Positions 29,460-38,500 of a DNA stretch of 64,000 nucleotides are shown one piece after another (position 1 is the first letter of the stretch; every line of letters starts with the position of its first letter). The translations under genes were made by a program, and so were the position numbers. Where the stretch lies: positions 1-64,000 of IMG/VR virus record IMGVR_UViG_3300013132_000034. One strand, given 5' to 3'. This DNA comes from a virus. The notes below the pieces were generated by a model. That model was not told the origin of the DNA and did not search any database. It was given only the letters and a program-made list of their open reading frames with translations.

Positions 29460-30347
29460 CTATACATACTTGCTAAAAATTTTATAAAAAGAATTATTAT
29501 TTCTTTCTAAAATGGGCATAAAAGGTGCACCGCTGTCTTCATGATACCAACACCCAAAGCTTTCTAATTTCATAGTATCTTGTTCTGTATTAGATATAAA
29601 TTCAGATAACAACCCCTCTTCAGACACCATTAAATTATTATCAAGATAACCTTCGAGATACTCTGTATATGTTTTATGTAAGTTAGTTATAAAATCTCTA
29701 GTACCTCCAAACAGACCACCAACTACATGATACTTTTGAAATCTCTCGGAATTACCATAAAGCAATTTACCGGAAGGAAAATGGTCCACTAAGAAAGGCT
29801 TTTCACCTACAACAAAAAAACTATTTTGTTTTTCATCAAAACTTAACATTTTTGTGAACACTTCAGGGTTGAATAAGTTAAATTCATAATAACGAGCTAG
29901 TGAATCATACTGCTCACCAACAAATTTTTGTGGAAATAAACCATTATATGATAAACCACAATCAATCCAGAAAATATTTTCATAGTTAGTGGTTTCTTTT
30001 ATTTGATTAAGCCATGTAACCTTGCTATGCATAATTTCAAAACAACGATCAGGCCATACTTTATTATGACCACCTAATATTTCTTGAAATCTTTTATGAT
30101 ATTTGCATTCTTTTAAATCGTAGGGTACCATGTTAAGATTAGAAAAAAATCTATGTTTAAATTCGCCTTGCAAACCATCTTTACTAGCTTCATCAACATA
30201 AACATAGATGTTAGAATTAATTTTGGAAATACTTCTCAAAGAATATACATACTGGTGCTTGCGACTTGCGCGTCCTCCTAGCGAGGTATTGTATAAATTA
30301 GTATAACAAGATGTTATAAAGCATGTATTATCTTTTAAGTTGATCAT
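29460..30347 (-). CDS. HtrL/WlaTC-family glycosyltransferase
   Basis: IMHSK, IFWIDCGL, VVGGLFGG, SEEGLL; similar to the N-half of 27752..29425. Confidence 0.75.
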   Translation of the reverse strand: MINLKDNTCFITSCYTNLYNTSLGGRASRKHQYVYSLRSISKINSNIYVYVDEASKDGLQGEFKHRFFSNLNMVPYDLKECKYHKRFQEILGGHNKVWPDRCFEIMHSKVTWLNQIKETTNYENIFWIDCGLSYNGLFPQKFVGEQYDSLARYYEFNLFNPEVFTKMLSFDEKQNSFFVVGEKPFLVDHFPSGKLLYGNSERFQKYHVVGGLFGGTRDFITNLHKTYTEYLEGYLDNNLMVSEEGLLSEFISNTEQDTMKLESFGCWYHEDSGAPFMPILERNNNSFYKIFSKYV

Positions 30348-30949
30348 GACTTCTTATATTTACATGTCCATACTACATCATTAAAATTAATCTTATCATA
30401 ATCAACCAAATTATGCTCTAAACAAGTAGGTTCGATATCTTTTTCAGTTAATTCGCACCAACCCCATACTGTTCTCTTATACTCCTCTGTGAATAACTCT
30501 AAACTCCTGCAAAAATCATGTGCCATAATAAAATCCCCTGGCTTAAGAAGTGGTGCTGCCTTCTTAAATTCAAAAAGCTTGTTCCCGCCGTCACATAAAA
30601 CTAACGTTTTAAGCGGACAAAGAATGTCATCTTTAATTTCTTGATCTATATCTTTCATATACCCGGGAGCACCTTTTTCACCAAATGTATCACGCTCAAC
30701 AACTTTTACACCTAATTCAGTTAAAACCCCTTTGAGAAAAATTGGCGGTAAATTATACGTTGACATCTTTACAGGGTTACTATGTTCACGTATAAATCTA
30801 GTAAGACACCCTGTACCAGTACCAATCTCAACTATATTCTCAAACTTCTCTTCATCCAAAAGTTTTTGAAAATATATATCATATTTTTCATGTTGCTGTA
30901 ACATTACTTCTTTATATACTGTAAAACCTTTTATGGCATTATCACTCAT
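30344..30949 (-). CDS. Class I SAM-dependent methyltransferase (CmcI/Methyltransf_24-like)
   Basis: IVEIGTGTG, LVLCDGG, LLKPGDFIMAHD. Confidence 0.8.
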   Translation of the reverse strand: MSDNAIKGFTVYKEVMLQQHEKYDIYFQKLLDEEKFENIVEIGTGTGCLTRFIREHSNPVKMSTYNLPPIFLKGVLTELGVKVVERDTFGEKGAPGYMKDIDQEIKDDILCPLKTLVLCDGGNKLFEFKKAAPLLKPGDFIMAHDFCRSLELFTEEYKRTVWGWCELTEKDIEPTCLEHNLVDYDKINFNDVVWTCKYKKS

Positions 30950-30957
30950 AATTTTAT

Positions 30958-32289
30958 TTAGCTAACTACATGGTGTCCAATAGTACCAGTTATGGGATCT
31001 TGCCAACCTTTACTGATACTATGAGGCCAGACTATCCAGCTTGCTGGCAATTCCTCTGCATTAAACTCTCTCCAGACCTTGCAATAACCATCAGGATCAT
31101 TTCGCATACGTGCAATTTCGTCTTTATCAGCATCCTTACGAAAAACATCTTTGCCAGCTTTATCCTTAAATGCTACACACCAAAAATCATAATCATCAAG
31201 AGGAATCTGACTATACTGTACATCAATGCAATGTTTAAATATTTTTAAGAATGAAGCTTCAAACTCTTTCTCATTTTTAAATGAGTATGGATTTGGTGCG
31301 AGATTATTATCTAATGTATATCTTTGGACTGCACGTTTTTTAAAACAAAGGCCTGAATATTTCTCATATTCGCGCAAAGTTCTTTCAGTACCAAAATCAT
31401 ATATACCAAAATCAATATCTTTCTTCTCACCATCCATTTCAAATAACTTGCGATTTCTTAAATGACAAGCATCATTTCTTTTAACCCATTCTTTATCGTC
31501 ATCCCATTGCTTAGTCCGTCCTTTTCTTGTATATTCATGCCATATTACCACTCGATGTGGGTGAAATAAATCGTAACCCTTGGTAAATGCTCTTACTGCA
31601 ATACTAATTTCTTCGCCGTGAAAATAATAATTAGGATCATGAGGAACTTCTTTACAAAACTCGCCTAATGTAAAACAAAAATGCGCAGAATAAAATCTAG
31701 CAGGTATTGGTTCATTGCGTTCTCTCCAATCATCAATTGTTGCAGGCAAGAAAAATACCGCGCCTTCAGGTATAAATCTATCAAAATTCATTTTCCATGG
31801 CTCTTGTACACGTGCTTGAGGATCTTTATCCGGGTCAAAGCTAGGAATATAACCAGTTAGCAAAGGTTTTTTGTGCCCTTTTTTCTGTAACTGTAATATC
31901 ATATTAACTAATATTTCATCCCAATCTTTAACAAATCTGTGATGGCTATCCAGCTGTAAAGTGTATTTTTCATCTTTATAATATTGTTGTACTAAGTTAC
32001 GTGCCCAACAAACACCCTTGCTTTTTGTATATGGTACATCAATTATTCTAAATTTACTATCATTAACAAATTCTTCTAAAGATTCTTTTTCATCATGTTG
32101 CCAGCAAATACCAAATCTCAATCTATTAGGATATTTTGCATTTGCTAAGCAATCTCGCAAAGTAGGGACAAGTTGTGGGTCTCTATACGCAGCAATTTGA
32201 ATATAAATTGTATCTTCTGCAGATGATACGGGTATAGCAGTTACATTTTTAATTTGTTTTTTTGTTTTTTTAGATGGTCTTGGCGGCAC
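30958..32289 (-). CDS. GT60-like polypeptide N-acetylglucosaminyltransferase (Gnt1/Skp1-GlcNAc transferase family) with an extra C-terminal domain
   Basis: IQIAAYRDPQLVPTL..C...AKYP.RL..GIC.Q, SKGVCWAR, LQLDSHHRFVKDWD, LLTGY, VPHDP..YFHGEEISIAVRAFTKGYDLFHP...WHEYTR. Confidence 0.85.
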   Translation of the reverse strand: MPPRPSKKTKKQIKNVTAIPVSSAEDTIYIQIAAYRDPQLVPTLRDCLANAKYPNRLRFGICWQHDEKESLEEFVNDSKFRIIDVPYTKSKGVCWARNLVQQYYKDEKYTLQLDSHHRFVKDWDEILVNMILQLQKKGHKKPLLTGYIPSFDPDKDPQARVQEPWKMNFDRFIPEGAVFFLPATIDDWRERNEPIPARFYSAHFCFTLGEFCKEVPHDPNYYFHGEEISIAVRAFTKGYDLFHPHRVVIWHEYTRKGRTKQWDDDKEWVKRNDACHLRNRKLFEMDGEKKDIDFGIYDFGTERTLREYEKYSGLCFKKRAVQRYTLDNNLAPNPYSFKNEKEFEASFLKIFKHCIDVQYSQIPLDDYDFWCVAFKDKAGKDVFRKDADKDEIARMRNDPDGYCKVWREFNAEELPASWIVWPHSISKGWQDPITGTIGHHVVS

Positions 32290-32295
32290 AATTAT

Positions 32296-32323
32296 ATTTT
32301 AATAGTATATTTTTAAATTTCAA
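32296..32323 (-). promoter_or_regulatory. Sigma70-type promoter TTGAAA-N16-TAAAAT, 6 nt before GTG 32289
   Basis: Read directly; same geometry as 6038 and 47260. Confidence 0.6.
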
Positions 32324-32330
32324 CAAAGAA

Positions 32331-33827
32331 TTATATTACATTTATCCCGCTTGCGCCCTGATAGGGTGAAGTGCCCAAAATTCTAATACCTGCACCGGGT
32401 GAGAAAGAATCATAATGAGTTCTTAAATCATCTGTAATAAAACTTGCGGATATAGGTGATACTACAGTATAGCTCGCAAGATTATTTACAAAAATTACTT
32501 GGCCAATATTTTGGCCATAAGTTGTAGCGGCAGGGTCAAATATAGGTCCTATATTTTCAAAATCATAATCTGTAGTAGGTGAGAGACGAGCAAAACCTAC
32601 CAAGTCAGGATTACCATTAATTTTAAAAAAATTACCTGTAGCTACAACATCGTTATTTTCATCTAAATCAATACTTGTAAAATTAAAATTAGATGAAAGA
32701 TATATACTATTATTAGTTTGAGGATACAATCTTTTCCAAACAGTGCTGTTAATAGTATCAAAATATACAATTTTATCGGGAAATATTCCGCTCGCAATAA
32801 TTGTATCGCCAGACATAACAGCAGAATACACAAATGCACTTGTACCTGTAATACCTGTACCATATGAACACAGCCCATCTATAGCGGTACCATCAAATCG
32901 TGCTATACCTGTAAGTCTATTATTAGCTTGTACACCGCTAAAAGTACCGCAATAAATTAAATTGCCTCTATTATCTTCTACTAAAGATATGCACATTGCA
33001 TTGGTTATTCGGTTTGTAGAGAGAGCAGGTCTTGTAAAATCCCATCTACCGCCGGGTACATTATAATACAAAATATTACCCGTTAATACAGTACCTGCTG
33101 TATACAACACTTTTGAACCTCTACTATCTGTTAAAGTGCCTAAAGAAGTAAGAAAACCCGGGGTATTATTTATAATATTTGCAGAGTCACTAAAAGGAAG
33201 CCATTTATTTTGAGCATTATTATAATAGGCTATATTCCTTGCAACATCGCCTGAAAATGAAGGTGCAAAACAACCGGATGTTGCTACCCCTATAGTAATA
33301 ATATCTTGGGTAAGCTTTACCCAATCGTTAAATCTAATAGTTGTATTAGGTGGTAGTGTTGATGTAAAGGGCCATGTATCTGAAAGAGTGTAAAAGTTTG
33401 TTAATGCGACATGAGTAGTAGTAGAAAACCCTGTTATCAGAGTATTAATATTATCAAATTTTCCTGCTGCAACTAAATTTGCACCGCAAAGAGTTAATGC
33501 ACAAACTTTATCTATAGATCTAAATTCATTTGAATTAAAAACTTGATTTCTTGTACCTATATTTTTAAGAGAGAAAAATCTTTGAAAATTTGAATCAAAA
33601 TATGCTATGTTTATATATTGAAAAGAAGATATAGGAACGTAAAAGGGATATATATAAGGTTCGTTTGTATAATTAGCTATAAAACTGCCACCAAAATACA
33701 AATTAGAACCAGAATATGCAATAGCATAAATTAGCGTGGTATTAGTATCAGCACCGCTTAAAGCAATATCAATATTTGTCCATTGATCTAAGGCAGCGTC
33801 ATAATTAATAGGGTTGTAGAATGCCAT
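32331..33827 (-). CDS. Beta-propeller probable virion protein
   Basis: Repeated blades LYFGGSF, LVAAGKF, IYCGTFS, IASGIF, VATGNF; late promoter upstream. Confidence 0.7.
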   Translation of the reverse strand: MAFYNPINYDAALDQWTNIDIALSGADTNTTLIYAIAYSGSNLYFGGSFIANYTNEPYIYPFYVPISSFQYINIAYFDSNFQRFFSLKNIGTRNQVFNSNEFRSIDKVCALTLCGANLVAAGKFDNINTLITGFSTTTHVALTNFYTLSDTWPFTSTLPPNTTIRFNDWVKLTQDIITIGVATSGCFAPSFSGDVARNIAYYNNAQNKWLPFSDSANIINNTPGFLTSLGTLTDSRGSKVLYTAGTVLTGNILYYNVPGGRWDFTRPALSTNRITNAMCISLVEDNRGNLIYCGTFSGVQANNRLTGIARFDGTAIDGLCSYGTGITGTSAFVYSAVMSGDTIIASGIFPDKIVYFDTINSTVWKRLYPQTNNSIYLSSNFNFTSIDLDENNDVVATGNFFKINGNPDLVGFARLSPTTDYDFENIGPIFDPAATTYGQNIGQVIFVNNLASYTVVSPISASFITDDLRTHYDSFSPGAGIRILGTSPYQGASGINVI

Positions 33828-33842
33828 ATTTTTTAATATTTA

Positions 33843-35285
33843 TTAATTTATATTTCTTCCTATACCACCAATAATACCGTCTGCAAGCGGTTGACCGTAT
33901 ATCGGTTGAGTTGGTGAAGGTGTAATAGTTGGAGTTGGTGTTGGTTGAACTGTAGATGGAGGTGTTGGTGAAATTTGCGGTGTAGGTTGTGGTGTACTTG
34001 TTGGATTTGGTGTATTTGTTGGTGAAGGTGTTACTGTTTGTGATGGTGTATTTGCTGGTGTATCGGTAGGTGTTATTGTTGGTGTTTCGGTAGGTGATAT
34101 GGTTTGAGTTGGTGTAAAGGATGGTGTCACTGCAGGTGTTGCAGTTTGTGTAGGTGTGCGAGTAGGTGTAGATTGAGGTGTTGATGTCTGTGTTACAGAT
34201 TTTGTTGGTGTAACCGTTCTTGTAATTGAGCAAGTTGGAGTAAATGTAGGTGTTGGTGTTGTTGTAGGAGTTTTTGTAGGGGTGGGCGAGGCAATTGTAC
34301 CTGCAACATTAAAATTCTTGATACCAAAGTCGGTATTGTTCAGGGATGAAAAGTTTAATCCTAATTTTAAGCTATCTAAAGCAATACCTGTGCCTAGAGT
34401 TGGGCTGTTATAATTTAAAATAGTTACATAATCATTATAATCACCTGGTTTAATTTTTACTTCTATTGTTTTACCTAAATCTGTTAATCTTATCTTTATT
34501 CTGTTACCTGAATTTGCAGTAAGCGATGATGCTAGATTATTGGTGAGTAAAATAGGCAAAGAATAGAATGAGCTGCTTAAATTATCAGATTGTATTAAAT
34601 GTTTATAGCTATTTAAATAGGAATCTTTAATAGAAACAGAATTTGGCACTACAGTTGAAGTTATATTGTTAAGCGTTTGTCCAAATCTACCAGTAAAATC
34701 AAATCCCACCCCAAGCAATCCACCAGCCTTGCCAGCATAAACAGACCCTACATTTTTTCGTTCTAAGTTAGGGTACCCCCAACCTGCAGGTTTATTTGGG
34801 CCATCTTTCCAATCTACAGCCCATACGGGAAAATCACTATTGCTAGTACTATAATAGTACAACAAACTGTTATTAAGCCAAATTCTCCACCCTGTAGGGT
34901 ATATACCATAAGTAGTATCGTAAAATCCTATTCTTAGACCCCCATCATTTCTATAAATTGGTCTATCTGTATAATTTGAATAAGCTGAAATATAGATAGG
35001 TGTGAATGTATTATTGGCTTCACTTAGTAAGAGATGTGAATTATTAAATATATCACCTGTTAATGGTAGGTACCCTAGCCCCCAACCAGGCGAACCACCG
35101 CTTAGAGAAGAATTACCTTCATAAAAAAATAAACAAAATCCTTCGGAGCCTGTTTCATTTAAATTTTTATCTAACAAATTACTATATACATTAGTAACAT
35201 AATCAAATGAAATGACAATATCACCTTCAGGCGACAATTCATAATTAGGAAAAAAAGTATATGACCGGGTTTCGTTAAAATTCAT
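33843..35285 (-). CDS. L-type (legume/ConA-like) lectin-domain protein with a long Thr/Pro-rich C-terminal stalk
   Basis: ISFDY...GSEGFCLFF...GGSPGWGLGY...LLGVGFDFTG...PNSVSI; about 130 aa TPTPT-type tract at about 33903-34290. Confidence 0.7.
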   Translation of the reverse strand: MNFNETRSYTFFPNYELSPEGDIVISFDYVTNVYSNLLDKNLNETGSEGFCLFFYEGNSSLSGGSPGWGLGYLPLTGDIFNNSHLLLSEANNTFTPIYISAYSNYTDRPIYRNDGGLRIGFYDTTYGIYPTGWRIWLNNSLLYYYSTSNSDFPVWAVDWKDGPNKPAGWGYPNLERKNVGSVYAGKAGGLLGVGFDFTGRFGQTLNNITSTVVPNSVSIKDSYLNSYKHLIQSDNLSSSFYSLPILLTNNLASSLTANSGNRIKIRLTDLGKTIEVKIKPGDYNDYVTILNYNSPTLGTGIALDSLKLGLNFSSLNNTDFGIKNFNVAGTIASPTPTKTPTTTPTPTFTPTCSITRTVTPTKSVTQTSTPQSTPTRTPTQTATPAVTPSFTPTQTISPTETPTITPTDTPANTPSQTVTPSPTNTPNPTSTPQPTPQISPTPPSTVQPTPTPTITPSPTQPIYGQPLADGIIGGIGRNIN

Positions 35286-35286
35286 T

Positions 35287-35559
35287 TTATGGCAAGGTTA
35301 GAGTTGGTGTCGGTGTAACAGTACATGTAATGGTTGGTGTTGGTGATTTTGTTGGGTCAGGTGATGTAGAGGGTGTTGGAGTCGGTTGTGGTAATGGGTA
35401 GCTTGATAAGAGAAAACAACTATCACATGAATTTGAGCCAACAATTTCCGCTTTTCTTACATTTATTAACCCACTATTACCAGTAGAAATATAACAATCA
35501 CCATAATAATTTACAGTGCTTGATAAAGAATCTGCATATATATAAAGTGAATTTGCCAT
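35287..35559 (-). CDS. Small protein with a Cys-containing N-module and Thr/Pro-rich tail
   Basis: GDCY...SCDSC then PQPTPTPSTSPDPTKSPTPTITCTVTPTPT; AATAAATA 5 nt upstream. Confidence 0.65.
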   Translation of the reverse strand: MANSLYIYADSLSSTVNYYGDCYISTGNSGLINVRKAEIVGSNSCDSCFLLSSYPLPQPTPTPSTSPDPTKSPTPTITCTVTPTPTLTLP

Positions 35560-35591
35560 CTAGTTATTTATTGTAGCTGTAAAGATTGAAA

Positions 35592-38500
35592 CTATACAAC
35601 TCTTTGTACATATGGATATGGCGGGTTACCCTTAATAGTAATATTAGTTCCTACAGGACCACCTGAACTTGAAACTGGAGATTTAGCAGTTATTGTGTTG
35701 TAATAACCATATGGAGCGCATGCGAATTCGTTAATTGGTTGTGTTGATGCATATACAAAACCAATATCACTTGTCCAGTTATTTGTACTTGATAATATTA
35801 AGCCCTTGACATAAGAAGAATCACTATTAAAGTCAGAAACAAATACTAGAGTAAAGTTTGGATTAGCAGTATTTGCATAAAATACAGTAAATGCAGATGG
35901 ACTTATAAGTCTAGTATATGCAGCTGTTAATGTATAATTACCATTTGCAGCAGTTAAACCAGCACCACTTACATTTATTACTAATGCATCTGGACATAAA
36001 TTATTCCATGGTAGCGGGGTTGGTGTTGGCACAGGGTTAGTTACTGTTGGTGTAGGTGTCAATGTAGGTTGCGGTGAAGGTGTGGGGGTTACAACAGGGC
36101 TAAATATTAAACCAGCATCACAATTAACGAATTCACCAACTATCAAGCTAGGTGATGCAGATGTACCAAACCATAAAATTGATTCATCTTTGTTTTGATA
36201 TGATGAGAATTGACCTGTAATAGTATTTCCATAAAAAGCTGTAAGCGGCAAAGTAACCGAAAAATTTAAATCTTTTATAAAAAATTCGGGTTTGTAAGCA
36301 ATATGTTTTATAAAATCTACATTAGCATTATTAATATAAAATTCATGGTATATATTAACAAATACATTATTACTATTTTTCGCGAAATAGTTGAGAACGA
36401 ATGTATTCGTGTCTTCGTTATAACTTAAAACAGGCTTGTCAATACGTTCTATGTTTGTATCATCATCTAAATGAACATAAAAACCTGATAAATTTTCGTA
36501 ACTAACATTAAAAGTAGGATAAATTTTTAAAAATTGAGGATTTGTAATGTTTATTTCATAAATTTCAGGATACAATACTTTTTTATTTGAAGCACTAAGT
36601 TCTGGTATAAGAACCATTTTTGCAATATAAGCTATATTTTGTTTTTCGTTAAAAAATAATGTACTAAACTTTTCAAGTTTTTTATTATTGTTATATATTT
36701 TAACAAAATTCTTTGAGCTATCGAAGGGTTCAATTATATTCTCTATATAATTATAAGAAAGTTTATCGAAAATAAAATAATCTTTTGTTTCAATAAATAA
36801 AACGTTATAAATTAATTCAAAATTAACAACTCCTTGTTTTATATTATCAACAACAAAACTTGGATATTTTTCATAAACGGTTGAAAGAGCAATATCAAGC
36901 GTATTTACATTTGTAGTATTTGCATTCTTAACATACAAATTGCCAATTTCTTCATATCTGCTTTCATAAATTGATTTGTTTTTATCAAGATTTGTTGATA
37001 AAGCTTGTACTGACGTTTGATATTCTGTAGGTACCGCTAAATTAACAAATTCTGCATTGTCATCTCTATAATTTAATGTACCGGGTCTTACAGTAGTAGC
37101 AGAATTAGATATGGCGCAAGGTGTTTCACCAGCTAAATTAAATCTAAACCCTTCTAAATCTACCAATACATTAGCAGATAGAGGGAATGTATACGAAAAT
37201 GTAGCTCTATCGACGTTATTAGGTCGAGTATAATCGTCGTTTAAGCTTCCTTCTAACAATTCACTGTAGTAAACAGGTACTGAAGAGTTAAAATCTGACC
37301 TATCTGAAGAAACATCTAATCGTAAATTACTTAAAGGGTCTACAAAAGTAACACAGTCTAATAAGACGCAATAAGTTACTTTAAAAATATCACAGTATGT
37401 GTCGATGCAAGAGCCATCTTGTTGAACCTCGCAAAAATGACCTTTTCCATAAGCTATAACAAGTAATGGTGTTGGTAGTGGTGTAAACCTAACAGGAGCA
37501 TTGTAGGGGAAATTAATAACATAATTAGCATAAGGGTCTACTCCTGGTAATAATCTATTAATTCCTCTTGCTGATAAACTTGTATAGTAACCGCTGCCTG
37601 GGGGTATTTGTGAAACAGTTCTAGATGTTACACCAGATATATCTTTGTCAGGATTGGGTATAGTTAAATCAATATTAAACCCGCTATCAAAATCATAAAA
37701 TTTATAACCGTCTAACAGTAAACAATTTTTTATTCTTAAATTGGTAAAATTATTTATATTTAAACCTTTTCTTCCTGTGCCATACAAACCACCGCGCCCG
37801 CCAGTGAAATTAAAAAAATCTAATTCTTGTTCTGAAATAAATTGTCCTCTATTTTTACCACCACGGCCAATCCCTACAGGATTTATTTCTTTATAAAGAC
37901 CAAAATTATTTCCGTATATATCATTTTTGTATTTTGTGAGAGTCTTGTTTAAAACTAATAAATTAGATTGTCTTTGTTCTAAAGGATACAAATTATCTTG
38001 TACGGGATAAACGTCGGAATTAGCCCATACTGATTTTGATGAACCTTCAAAAAATTCTGTACTGTCTATATCACGTGACATGCCTATAGGTTGATAACCT
38101 ATAGTTTCACTTCTGCTATGGTAAGCATAAAAGTTTTTATATAATGGATTACTTACTATATTACCAAAAAGATATTGAGCAGTTCTATTAAAATGCATCC
38201 ATGAAACATCTTCTTCATAAATTAATGGTGATTCAAAATCTGTTTCAGATAAGTTAGTAATATTACCATATTGAGAAGGGTCAGGAAATACGTAAACTTT
38301 ATTTGTTTTTAATTTATTATTATCTATATCTACTGTATGTTTAAAATTATTAAAATTTAATACGCCTAATTTGTCAGGTAGAAAGAATCCCCCTATTTGT
38401 CTTATATTTTTTAAATTACTTTCATTTTCAACTGCAGCTGCAGAAGGAAATCTTTTATTTAAAAAATTTGTAGATTTATCTTCGGCTTCAAAAAGTAACC

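Noticed and set aside
33805-34233. 142-aa Thr/Asn/Tyr-rich ORF
   Set aside because: Alternative-frame shadow of the Thr/Pro tract in 33843..35285
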